Source of the DNA: Cetorhinus maximus
Taxonomy: Eukaryota
DNA length: 64,000 bases
Direction of reading: 5' to 3'
NCBI RefSeq assembly: GCF_964194155.1
Contig: NC_135881.1
Coordinates: forward strand, 160,642,001 to 160,706,000
The translations under genes and the position numbers were made by a program. Of this stretch, positions 37,310-49,731 are shown piece by piece (the first letter of the stretch is position 1; the number at the start of each line of letters is the position of its first letter). The notes beneath the pieces are model-generated. The model had not been told where the DNA came from. It did not search any database and was given only the letters and a program-made list of their open reading frames with translations.

Positions 37310-39165
37310 TGCAGAAAACTTAGAGTACTATAAAAGTGTAGGGGTGAAATTAAAAAGGAAATTAGGAAAGCATAAAGAGAGCATGAAAAAATATGGGCAA
37401 GTAAAGTCACAGAAAAGCCAAAGATATTTTACAAATATATAAAGAGCAAGAGGATACCTAAAGAAAGAGTAGGACCTATTAGGGAGCTGTCTGTGGAGAC
37501 AGGCGTTGGTACGGTCTCAATGAATACTTTTCATTTGTTTCCACAAAAGAGTGGGCAATACAGACATTGCAATCAGGGAGGAGTGTGATACATTATATGA
37601 AATTTATATAGTGAGAGAGGAAGTAATAAGATGTTTAACATCTTTGAAAGTGGATAAATCCCCAGGCCTGGATGAATATTTTCTAGGCAGTCAAGGGAAG
37701 CAAGAGAAGAGATAATGGAAGCTCTATCCATTGTTTTCAAATTCTCCCTGGCTACAGATGTGGTGCCAGAGAATGGAGGACAGCTAACATTATATCACTG
37801 TTTAAAAGGGGAGAAAGGGATAGACTGAGTAATTACAGACTAATCAGCCTAACCTCAGTGGTGGGAAAATTATTGGAAATAATTCTGAAGGACAAGGTAA
37901 ATCTTCATTTAGAAAGGCACGGATTAATAAACGACAGCCCAGCTTGTTAAGGGAAGATCATGTTTAACTAACATGATTGAATTTTTGACGAGATAACAAA
38001 GAGGGTCAATGAGGGCATTTAATGTAGTCTATGTGGAATTTAGCAAGGTTTTTGATAAGGTCTCACATGGCAAACTGGTGACAAAAGTAAAAGTCCAATG
38101 GGATCCAAGGCAAAATGGCAAGTTGGATTCAAAATTGGCTTAGATACAGGAAGCAAAGGACAACAGTATTTTTGTGACTGGAAGATTGTTTCTGGTTCTG
38201 CTCAGTACTTGCTTTTTGTGTTACATATCAATGGTTTGGGTATGTATAGGTTGTATGATTAAGAAATTTACAGACGATACAAAAATTGGCTCTGTGGTTG
38301 ATAATGAAAAAGAAAGTTGTAAACAGTAGCAAGATATCAATGGACTAGTTAGACAGGTGGAACAGTGGCAAATAGCGTTCAATCTGGAGGAGTGTGCAGT
38401 AATGCATTTGGGGAAGGATAACAAGACAAGGAATACACAATGAATGGTAGGACACTGAGAAGTGTAGAGGGACATTGGAATGCATGTCCACAGATCCCTG
38501 AAGGTGAGTGTATAGGTAGATAAGGTGGTCAAGAAAGGGATACTTACCTTTATTAGCTGAGGCATAGAATATAAGAGCAGGGAATTTATGCTGGAACTGT
38601 AGGAAAAACTAGTTAGGCCACAGCTGGAGTGCTGCATGCAGTTCTGGTCACCACACTATAGGAAAGATGTGATTTCAATAGCGAGGGTACAGAGAAGATT
38701 TACGAGGATATTCCCTGAACTGGGAAATTTTAATTAAGGGGAAAAATTGGATAGGCTAGGACTGTTTTCTTTGGAATAGAGGAAGCAGAGGGGACACTGA
38801 ATTAAAGTGTTTAAAATTATGACGGTCCAGATCAAGCAGCTAGGAAGGCCTTATTCCCCTGGTTGAGGGGGTCCATTACCAGGGGCCATAGATTTAGAGT
38901 AAGAGGTAGTAGGTTTTGTTTAGGGATTTGAGAGGAAATGTTTTGACCCAGATGGTGCTGGGGATCTGAAACTCTCTGTCTCAAATCTGAAACATTTAAA
39001 AAGTATTTTGATGTGCACTTGAAATGCATAACCTACAAGAGTAGGGACGATGGTCTAGAAAGTAGAATTAAGCTGGATGGCTCCTTGTCAATCAGGGCAG
39101 ATAGATGGGCCAAAGGGCCTCCTGCCATGCAGTAAAAGTTCTATGATTTAATGAGTCTATGATTT
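37310..39165 (+). mobile_element. Decayed CR1 LINE
   Basis: Similar to 9970-11860 throughout (VDKSPG, NYRLISLTS and FTDDTKIG remnants). Tail TTCTATGATT. A short minus-strand CR1 piece precedes it at about 36890-37195. Confidence 0.85.
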
Positions 39166-39361
39166 AACATGGGCCCAGTGATTTATCTCATTTTGAAAAA
39201 TTTTAAACCCCTTAATATTTTCATTCTCAGTTTGCTTATGCTATTCAATGTTTCACACTCCTTCTCCTTAACTTAATTGTCTGCATCATCTCCTTCTTTT
39301 CTGCAGACAGATTTGATGTATTCATGAAGAACCATGACCACATCTTCCATCTCTACACATA

Positions 39362-39995
39362 GGGCAGAATATTTCGCTCATCTGGCAGATGTGTGACCTC
39401 CCTATTGAGCATAAAATGATGCACAACGACATCAGGCGAGTTTCCTGACGTCATCGCGTACTTGCGCGATATGTCGGTCGTCGGGCACATGCAGGTGTTG
39501 GCAGCGCACCCACCGATAATTTAGGCGATTAAAGTCATAATTAAAAGAAATTTTTTTTGCTGCCCAGCCAAGCTTATGGTCGGTGGACAGGTGAACTGGC
39601 CAGGTGGCCTTTGGGTTTTTTACGAAGCTTCATCCACAGGTTTTGATCGGTGATTTAAAAAAAAACTTTTCAAACTCATTTCTAACCTGTCCCTGCTAAG
39701 GTGACAGAGTCACATGAGGGGACATGTTTTTAACATTTTTAAATTCTTTATTTTTTATTTTTAAAATTTTCAGTTCCCTGAGGCAGCTCTGTGCCTCAGG
39801 GAGCTTTTACTGCGCGCAGCTGCACACATGTGCGAACTTCTGCGCTCGCCCTCCTCCCCCCCCCACCCACGCAATTCATGCTGGCTGGCTGTTAATTGGC
39901 CAGCCAGTGTGAAATCATGGTTGAGGCCCAATCGCAGGCAGCGGTCCGTTTCGCGGCCGCTCCCGCTCATCCCCGCCGACTGGAAAATCCTGGCC
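39362..39995 (-). mobile_element. Non-autonomous Harbinger MITE
   Basis: Termini GGGCAGAATATT and AAAATCCTGGCC, TSD ATA at 39359-39361 and 39996-39998. Subterminal blocks resemble the reverse-complemented ends of the 3179-6292 family. Confidence 0.8.
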
Positions 39996-40379
39996 ATAAG
40001 TTACCTTTTCGACCTCTAATCTTTCTTTAGTTATTTTCTTGTTGTTTATGTATTTACAAAAATATCTTTGGCTTTTCCTTGTTCTACTTGTGATAGTTTT
40101 TCATGCCCTCCCTTTTCTTTCCTAATTTCCTTTTTAATTTCACCCCAGTACTTTGTATCCTCCTCTGGGCTTTCTGTATTATTAACTCTTGGGACTGAAT
40201 TTTCGGACCTGTCACAGGCAGGAACAGAGGTGGACGAGGTTCAAAAATACCAGTGGTGGTCAGAGTGCTCAGTTTCCCAATGCCTTTCCCAGTGTAAGCC
40301 ATTTGGGTGGAGGCAGGTTCCGGGTTGGCGAGGTGTGTAGCCAATTAGGCTCGTTAAGAAACTTGTTTATTGTAATTAA

Positions 40380-40760
40380 AGGATGGGTTCGCTGGTTTTG
40401 AGATGGTTGATAAGTCGAATCTGCAATCTGCAGACTCTACCACATGTGCAGCAGGTGGTGCTTAAAGGGTTGGGTAGCTGAATTGTTTGGAGATTTGTAC
40501 GCTTCCTCCAATGCCTCGACTTTGCCTCTGCCCCTTTCCAACGAAGTCTCTTAATGTGTTCGCTGTCTTCCTGAATGAAGCTTCTCCATTTTGGTTGGTC
40601 ACAAAACAGGATCTCTGATAAATTGATGGGGATGTTTGACCTTTTTAGGGATGCTTCAAAGACATCCCTACAGCTTTTCCGCTGTCCTCCCAGGAGTCTC
40701 CTGCCACAACTGAGTTCCGAATAGAACAGTTGCTTCGGGAATCTGGTGTCAGGCATACAA
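40380..40760 (-). mobile_element. RTE-clade LINE C-terminal fragment
   Basis: MPDTRFPKQLFYSEL...GGQRK and a terminal CxxCGRVC...LINH zinc-finger-like motif, typical of RTE ORF ends. Confidence 0.75.
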
Positions 40761-42647
40761 ATAAATGTCTTGTCCAGCAGTTTTGAGTGCCCGAATGCTA
40801 GGCAAGTTGGCTTCGGGGAGAGGACGCTGCTGTTGGGCCATCTTTTATGCCATTGGATTTGGAGGACATTTCCAAAGTTGTTTACAGCCTTGGTCAGACC
40901 CCATGCATTCAGTTTGGGCACTGCACCTCAGGAAGGACACTTGAGGGGGTGCAGATTCACCAGAATGATACTGGGGCATAGAGGATTAAATTATGAGGCC
41001 AGGATGGATAAAGTTGACTTGCATTTTCTTGAGTTTAGAGGATTGAGATATTATCTGACTAAGGTGGTTAAAATGTCATAAAGGGTCAATCAGGTAGACA
41101 CAGAGAAACTATTCTCATCACATAAAAGGTGGTAGAAATCTGGAACTCTTTCCATTAAAAGAAATTGGGCTAAAAAAGTGTTATGGCCTGTTTTTAGGTG
41201 TGGGGTTCACAGATTTCAACCTGCCTGTGCTCATTAAGGCAAGCAAACTTGGTGCTGATTATAGCATTGGTCTAAGCGGAGCCTTTGTTGCTGGCTGCCT
41301 GAATGTTCAGCAGGGAGCAGAATAGTGTACACTGATAACTGCTCCTCTTAAAGGCGGTTTAGGTACTGCCGAAACAGGAGGTGCACAATGGCTGGACCAG
41401 TGGTGGCAGCCATGGTTGAAAAGTATCTGACCTGGGAAAGAGTGAGGAATGGCACAACAGGGAATAGAGCAGGCTTCAAGGCTTTTGAACATGGCATGCA
41501 TGGAGGAGCTAACCATGGAGGTTAATCCTGGGATTCAAGCCCTGGGGACCTGAATTTAGTGTTGCAAAATGTTTAATAACCTCACACAAGTCATCAAGGT
41601 CTGTGAATGCATCTTCAAATGGCATATTTTACCAGTTGTACCAATAGCCTCAGCCACTGTTCAAATCACCACACCCACATCACACACCTACCAACAATCT
41701 CTAACAATCAGGACTCATACTTAACATTAATTTGCTTCACACACTTCACACGCATTGCTGCAAGTCTCACACCCACACCTTACAACTTTCACACACCATA
41801 ATCCAGTGATTCAATCATCACAAACACATCAGCCAAACTGATTGCACTGACACACTTCCCCTTTTATTGCAGGACAAAGTTGCCCACTTGTGCCTGGTTT
41901 CTCACCACATGGAATCTAATCTGTCCTCTTTAGATATGTGCAGTGTCAGTATCTGAACTGGTAGCTATGATTGTGAAATCAAACAATAGTATCATGTCTT
42001 CATTATCACTCTTTTTGTGGTGTTCCTCCACTGATTGGCTTGGTTACCTCTTGGGTATCTAAAAGGAAAAAGGCACAAGCCTAAGATTATGGTGAGGGAA
42101 GAAACTGTAAGTGAGAGGAACATGCTTACACCATCTGCAACTTGTATATCAGATTAGAGTATGGGATGAGGGGGTACTGAGGTCTGAGATGAAGGTAGCA
42201 AGAGCTAACCAAAGGGATCACCTGTATGGGTCAATTTGCCCAATGGGTTCAATCTTGTTGGACTGAGGTATCTCATGGCATATGGTGTTCGTCAAACTTT
42301 TCCCTGCACCCTTCAACTTGAAAAAAATTGTGTTCTTGATAGGGTACATATGCTTTTAATCGCAAGGCCAAACTTTCTGTGGCTAATTTCATGGGCAATT
42401 ATTTGAGTAAGCCAGTTCTGAAAAGTAATGGGGAGGCTAAGGGAAAGATGTAGCTTGTACAACATAAACAGCTGTAAATCAACCCACAAGTCCTGGAGAT
42501 TCACAATACACAGTTTATCTCTTAATCCCCTGAATTTGCTGGTCAATTTGTGCATTAACAACTGTGCACTGTTAGCACACTGTTATTTTTCCAGCAAGGT
42601 TTGGTCCATCACATACTATCATGAAAGTATAATAATTCTCATGGTAT

Positions 42648-43520
42648 TATTGTGATTTATTGTAAAAGTAGGTTAATAGTGGGGTTTGGGTAGTATGTGT
42701 GTGTGTGAGAGGGTGATTTAATTGAATTGGAGACAGCTTGTCTGGAGGCTTTGCCTCACCTAAAGAAGCTAGGTTCGAAATGCTACATACGTGAACATGG
42801 CTGAAGTCTGAGAAGGTAAGGTGAGGAGAATTTGCATTTTTAAATAAATCAGGGCAGTTTTAATTTCAAAGAGATGGTAGGATGTTTACATCTAGCCAGA
42901 GAAGCTAGGCCAAGCGGTGTGTTCATTTTTCCCAAAGGTTGCTGATAATATTAGCACAATGAAAAGATTTATATTATGAGAAAGGTAAAGTTGCAAAGAT
43001 ATATTGGAACAATGGAATTTACATTAAAAGGGAAAAACATGTGTAAAAGTGAATGAGGCTATGTGTCAGGGAAGGCATTGTAAGATCTACCAGAAGTGTG
43101 AAAAGCCTCCAGTATTTGTGCATTAAGCCTGCTGTCTGCAGAAACTGAAGCTGGGAAAAGTCACTTTAAATTCTACTGTCCAGGGTATTGTGTTGACCTG
43201 CCTGGATTTGTTTAAAATCTATTTTTTTTTACAGTTGCCTTAATGGGGGTGTAACCGGAAGCCAGATTAATTAGGGGTTTTAGGAATTATTATAGTAGTA
43301 ATTTGTAGACCTGTGTATGTGCTTGAATCTTTTCTTTTGTTAATAAATGTTTAATTTAGTTTTCTAAAATAATCTCTGAAGTCTTTGTGGACTTATTACT
43401 TCTGAATTCATGGCATATATCTCAAAATAAATACAAATTGCAAAACCGTTGTGATAGCATGATCGAGTTTCCCTCATGGATTTTATCCACCTGGCATGCA
43501 TCATCTGCCACATCATAACA
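42648..43520 (+). mobile_element. Possible old solo LTR
   Basis: Ends in CATAACA and has an internal AATAAA. The 5' end is decayed and no TSD was found. Confidence 0.35.
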
Positions 43521-45194
43521 CATACCTTACAAATGTATTTAAATTCTTTGCGGAGGTGGAGTGGGGGGCACAACTGAGTTAAGGAACAAAGATAATCCTA
43601 ATCAGCCATGGTAACTTCAACAGAAGATTGTTGAAAATTATAAATTGAAATGTTTAGAGAGCAAGGAAATGTGAGACCCACCTAGTCTTACTTAAATTAA
43701 GGCCAGATGTGTTTAAAAAGTTTCAGAAGTGCAGATTTTCTGAAGTTGCCCTGATCTGCATTATTATTCACTAGGCTGCACTTTTAAACAGTTAGCATAT
43801 ATAGACAAGTTGATTTAATATATAGTACAAATTGTTTGAATAAAATGGCATGTACCAGTAACTCTATGTATCCCCCTAATCTGCACAGTCAAATCCACCC
43901 AAAATATTTCGCAATAAGCAGCTATTGCTTTATCATGTATAATGGTAGAGCACCTATTACACTGTCTGATAAGCAAGTTTTGCATTTAAACTAAAAATCA
44001 GTGGATACTGGAAATGCATCAGGTGAATTGGAGTCATGCAAATTACTTTATTGGAAAAAATAATTTGCAAATTCTAGTTGTTTTCATTTGAATTACGTTA
44101 TTTGCAACACATTGTACTCGCTATAACTGTCAGTATACAGATATGTTAGCACGTAACTGTTTTGGCACATAACTTGCACTTCATACTGTGCTACTAATTT
44201 ATTATAATATTCATGTCTCACCTTTGTACTCTTCATTAAGTCCTGCAACTTCTCCTACACTTCCAACCAGGTTTATCAAGCAGTTCATTTGGAGTTCATG
44301 CTTTCAAGAGGTCACTGTGTGATTCTTACATGATTGTGATTACTGACAGCACAAAAGCAAATAAAACGGATGTTTCAACTCAGTAACATTTCCTTTCTTT
44401 GTCCCACTGAATATAATTCAAACTTGAAGTTTGCACTGTACGAAATAGCTTTCCAGTATATTACTATCATTGCTTTTAAAAGTCATTGTATAAAGGTACC
44501 AATAAACCTGAGCCTAGCACACTCGTACATAGAATACAACTGATCATTTGTCACAACCAAATTTAATTTGTGAATCATGGGTAAAATTTAAGACTTTGAG
44601 GTGTAAGTTGAAAGCAAAGGTTTTTTTTTTGCTTTGATTTAGTAATTCACTGAATGTTTCAGGAACCAACTCATACAACAATAACCTGCATTGAGATGCC
44701 AGTGCTGTCGTGTAAACTTCTCATGCATTTAAAATGTCAACAAATAAGGATAAGAGGATTCTGGCCAATTGGTTAAAAATGCATTGCTATAACAAAATTG
44801 GCTGCTTGGGTAAGCAAGGAGTTTCCTAACTGGTCAAGGTACATGCCGTGTGAATTGTAGCAGAAAGCTCTGAACTCTCAGTACGTATGCTGCTGTTAAG
44901 CTCTGCACCAGTGCCCATTCCATTAAGCACTCCGGGGGAGAAATTCATTCGTTTCAAGCGGTGCTACCCAGACTCTGTCAATTCCCTAAGGACAAAAAGA
45001 GGTGCATGACATTACCAGCGCGTCGGTGAGTTCCTTCGATTATATCACCTCAACGAAGAACGCTACGTGAGCTATGTAGGGGTTAGGCCGGTGCCCTGTC
45101 TGCCCCCAGGGAACTGCCGTTCTCAGACGAATCTCTCCCCCTCTATGCCCTAGCTATTTTGAGCATAACTTCACATATTACAAAATAGCTAATA

Positions 45195-45400
45195 GAAATT
45201 TATAGCACCCTTTGTGTCTTTAGGGCATCTAAAACAACTTTAATAGGCAATTAATTACTTTTCAAATTGTTGGCAAACATGGCAACCAATTTACACACAA
45301 GGTCCCACAAACAATGAGATAAATGAGCAATCAATTTGCTTTGATGGTGTAGGTTGAAGAATGAGTGTTCGTTAAGGTGCCAGCAGGTCGAGTTTCCTCT
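45195..45400 (-). mobile_element. Probable Deu-domain SINE relic (SacSINE1/AmnSINE1-like)
   Basis: caaccaatttacacacaaggtcccacaaacaatgagataaatga resembles the reverse-complemented Deu core as recalled. Not aligned. Confidence 0.5.
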
Positions 45401-47380
45401 ATGGATGCGCAACAGAGGCAGAGCACATAAACTGTGGGGTCTGTGAGGAAGCCTGGGATTTCTTCTAATTATATAGAATAAGAATGTAGCTCAAAAATGG
45501 ACACCCACAGTAATTGATTTACAGCCTAGGACAATATTTCTGAAAGTATCTTGATCCAAAAGTTTATGACTGTTGCTCATGGAACTTAGCTGAAGATCTC
45601 ATCTGAGAGCTGTCTGCAAAGGTGTTTAGCACTTTAATGTACATGGATCTTCTCTGTTTGAACCATGGTTAGGCTCCATTGGTGACAAAATTGAGCTGCA
45701 GGTATTATCTGCTTCAAAATATGTATGGTGTATTCAGATACGATCCTGATGGTCACAGCTTTATATTTTCATTTCATTGCAGTACAAGCATGAATCAATG
45801 GTATCAAAAGCCAAAGTTGAAGAGAGTAGCCATCCCTTCCAGACTGCCTTCTCTTTTCAACAGTCACAGCAGAGAGGATTGACTTAAAATGAATAATGCT
45901 GTGATTGTTGCCTGAAAACAGGCCAATTGCAGATTAATGGAATGGAACTCCTTGCAGTTCATAAAAGGCCATGATATTGTGTGGAGTCCAGATGAGCATC
46001 ACTGATAAAAATCTTGCACCGTATTTTAGAAAATTTGTAAGAGTGTCTCACGTTGCTGTTAATTTTTTGTGGTGAAAAAAGGTATTTGCCTGGTGAATAA
46101 CACTTAATGATCTCTGCATTACAAACTAACTAATATTGTTGATGTCCCTGTAGTAACTTGGAATGATCTTGAGAAATGGAAGTTCAGGGCTACAATGACC
46201 TTAATTGCCAGTGACAGTGCTACTTCTGTGATGGAGGTTGTCTATTCTCAGATTCCAGCAGACTCTCTCACTGCCTCTCTGGTGAAGCAGAGCATTTTAA
46301 AGATGTATTTCTTTAGATATTCCCAAGTATATGTTCTTAGGTCTGCACACAGCTGCATAGACAAGGGCAGCGAGTAGTCAGCTTTTGTAGCAAGCAATCC
46401 TGTCTTACATCCCTCCTTTCATCCTGTACTTCCTCCTCTAAAAACACAAATAGCAGGAAATAACCCAAAGGAATTTCATATCCAAATTTTTAGTTGCAAC
46501 AAAGATCTTGCTACCAAAACTCTATCCAAAACAGTAAACAAAAAAATGCTGCAAAAAAAATTAAGTCATCAATCAGAAATGTCAGAGGCCACTTGCTTTC
46601 AGACTAATCCTCATTGCACATTTTATATGGGCAATCTGAGCATGCCATAGAAGAAAATTGAGGATGTGTGCTAGGTATCTTTCTATCTTATTAGAATTTT
46701 TTTTTAACATTGCTAAGTTGTGTAAATTTGGTGTTAAGAACTGAACTGACTCTAAAGTGAAGCAAATGAGATGACGTCTTACAGAGTTTCATTCCCTTCA
46801 CTCAGCTCAGGTCAGGCAGACCCCAGATTCAAAACTATAAATGCAGCACTGGTTTGGTGCAAAACCACTTCATATGGATGCTCCAGCCACAGGAAATAAT
46901 CCTGATTTTCAACCTGTTGCTATTCCAGCTTTTTGGGAAAATTATTGCAACATGCAGATTCTAATATAATCTCCAATCATTACTGAAAATAGGAGTGTTT
47001 GTCAAGTTTCACAAAATCAGAAATGAATGTTAGAGAATAGAATACTTTTCTATTTTGGGCATCCTCCATCAGTATTGAGCATTTGCAGGTTACATGTTGC
47101 ATCACCAGGTGAATTTCAAAGTTCCCTCTATTCTGCTCAAATAAATTGCCTCAACCCCCAACCACACATCCCTCCTGTACTAGTAAAACTTTTTTCCCCC
47201 CACTTCCCTTCCTAATTGACACTCTTCCTAGTGCTGTGGTACTGGGATACTAACTCATTAAATTAACTCATTCTTAAAGAACCCTTACAGACAGCAGACA
47301 GAAGATTTTCAACCTACCAAACTCGTGACAAATGGAGAACTAAAAAGGTTGCATCACCCAATCTGTGCAAATCCACAACT

Positions 47381-47570
47381 ATAAAAGCAAAATACTGTGG
47401 ATGCTGGAAATCTGAAATAGAAACAGAAAATGCTGGAAAAACCCAGCAGGTCTGGTAGCATCTGTGGAGAGAGAAAATTAACCTCGAGTCTGTATGACTC
47501 AAAGTCATACAGACTCAACGTTAACTTTCTCTCTCCACTGCTGAGTTTTTCCAGCATTTTCTATTTTTAC
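47381..47570. repeat. Fold-back (inverted) copy of the same retro-repeat
   Basis: GAGTCTGTATGACT-CAA-AGTCATACAGACTC at the centre, with imperfectly complementary arms. Confidence 0.8.
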
Positions 47571-47649
47571 TACAAATCCAGAGCTTGTTTCAAGGATATC
47601 TTCAGAACTAACTTGTCATTGCCCCCTCCAAAATATGAAAATATACAAT

Positions 47650-48951
47650 TTTTCTCATTAAATAGAATGTTTTATTTCCAGGTAAACTACTTTCAAAAAC
47701 ATGAAGTAGAACAAACATTTCTGTATAAAAATACATACCAATTAAAAATCACAAAAGACCAATATGGCCTGTATGATGCATTATGGTTACTGACTGTAGT
47801 TTAAACAGTGTCAAAGTTAGGAATGTCAAAATAAAATGAGCGATACTTTAAATATTTAAGCAAATTAATGCCTCATTTTCAGGAATTATTAATATTGTTT
47901 GTTACCAACTTCAACATTTCAATCATGCAGTTGTTCCTGTCATGACAGCCAGCATAAACAGACAATGCTCAAAATCTTTTTAGGAGAAACATTACATCAT
48001 CTCCTTTACATTTCATCGACCAAATATAAAAGATGTAACATTTATCTGGTTGTACAAACAAAAAACCACCAATGAATTCACCAAGACTCAACTATAGCCA
48101 GACAAAATCATGCATGGTGTCATTATATACATTCAGGCACTTATTTATGCAGACATTGTAGGCAATTACATATACTCAGACACTTGTTATTTTCCAATGG
48201 CAATGTGTTGGTGACATTAAATACACATCCGCACTTCCACATCCAAGTTATTATACACAAACACCACCAACACTGACATATAATTCAGACAATGTAGTAT
48301 TCAAACCATGTGTTCATGAAGAGGGTAATGTTATTTCTAGGGTATATCTGTAGCCAACAACACTTACAAAAAGTGAGGTAGATTTAATTTAAAAAAGCTA
48401 TTCTGCAGTTTCAGCACTCCATTTAATAAGTCTGTGAAATATATTACTGAGCATTTGCACTTTTATTTATGTACATAAACATTTTGAATGTGTCTTTATA
48501 TCATTGCTTCATCTGATGCATTAAATTCCACTTCCTATCGTTTAGAGTAAACTTATGGCTGTATGACTGAAGTTCACTCTGGTCATCTTGTCCAATCTTC
48601 TTAAGCCATGATTCAGCGAGAACTCCTTGGTTTAGTGTGTTAAATGCATCTCAGCCCATATTAGTAGACACACACCCATGCTGTAGTTTTGTGAACATGA
48701 ATTGCAGAACTTCATATCATTGCTTCCTTTAAGTCAAATTTGTTTCCTTTTGAAGATGTCTTGATTTAATTTCCATTCTGCTGGTCAGTCTGTCTTTCAT
48801 AAGGCTAGCCTACAGCTTGAACTCCATCAGTTTTGGCAAACTCCTCACTGAAGTGTCAATCCCTGGTCCCTTGCCAGAACAGAATGGCAATCTCTTCTGT
48901 GGAAGCAGCCAACGTGTGCTGTTTTCTTTGCTTCTGTTAACTGGCAGCCTG
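47650..48951 (-). other. EDN1: Putative EDN1 3' UTR with candidate poly(A) signals
   Basis: AT-rich, repeat-free sequence after the stop. Minus-strand AATAAA at 48462-48467 and 47671-47676, plus scattered ATTTA pentamers. The true 3' end cannot be fixed from sequence alone. Confidence 0.5.
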
Positions 48952-49102
48952 TCAGCACTTGCAGTCCCTGCATTGTGCCACAGGACCTGCCATGGAAACT
49001 GGTAAGCTCCTCAATTTATTGTGGCTGTCTTGTCTCACTTTCCTCATTCTGTATATCCATTTCACTGAAGTAGGTAAATGCTTACTGTCTGCTGGCTCCA
49101 AC
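48952..49102 (-). CDS. EDN1: Preproendothelin-1, probable coding part of exon 5 (frame uncertain)
   Basis: Acceptor tgctttgatttgaag|GTTGGAG. Read in phase 2 it gives LEPADSKHLPTSVKWIYRMRKVRQDSHNKLRSLPVSMAGPVAQCRDCKC*, resembling the tetrapod R|LEAISNSIK...THNR tail. Read in phase 0, as the assembled exon 4 demands, it gives VGASRQ* (stop at 49082-49084). Confidence 0.6.
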
Positions 49103-49604
49103 CTTCAAATCAAAGCATAAATTATGTGAACACTGGTAATAAAATCATGTTGACAGATCTATAAGTGATTGTTTTACAGAGTGTTGCATAGAATAGTTAT
49201 AAAATAGTAAGAAATGAATTATATAAAAGTAAGTTCTGGCACTAACTTAAATTCAGAAATAAGAATTCATCCATATAGGAATATCAGGGTAAATTTTCTA
49301 ATCACATATGCAGGATCTGGCCTATTTATCCTATCTTTGTAAATAATCAATCTAGATTCTGAACACTGAAAAATATTTTGTGGGTAAATGATAGGATTTC
49401 TTCTGGTCATTGTTTGTAGTGAAATTGTAAACCTGCTCTTTCAGATTTATAATTCTGCTCAAAGTGAATCGTCCCTCAATATTTACACTGTCACTAACAT
49501 GCAGCAGAGAAAATCTTCCCACATTGTATAACAACAATCAGCTTTGACCTGGAATATGATGAGGGCTATGTTTCAGACGTTAAGCGAAATTGAATGAAAC
49601 TCAC

Positions 49605-49731
49605 TTTTTTTGTGATGTTAAGGAGGCGTTGATAAACACATTTCAATCCTGTGCAGTCCTGTTTGTTTTGACTCATTCCATCTGATGCTTCCTCTTGGTA
49701 GTGCTTTTGTACTTTGGTTTTGATTGAAAAT
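49605..49731 (-). CDS. EDN1: Preproendothelin-1, exon 4
   Basis: Acceptor ttattttctttacag| continues the frame. Encodes FSIKTKVQKHYQEEASDGMSQNKQDCTGLKCVYQRLLNITKK, where DCxxxKCVYQ resembles the EDN1 DCSKLGKKCIYQQL segment. Donor |gtgagt follows an A7 run. Confidence 0.85.
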
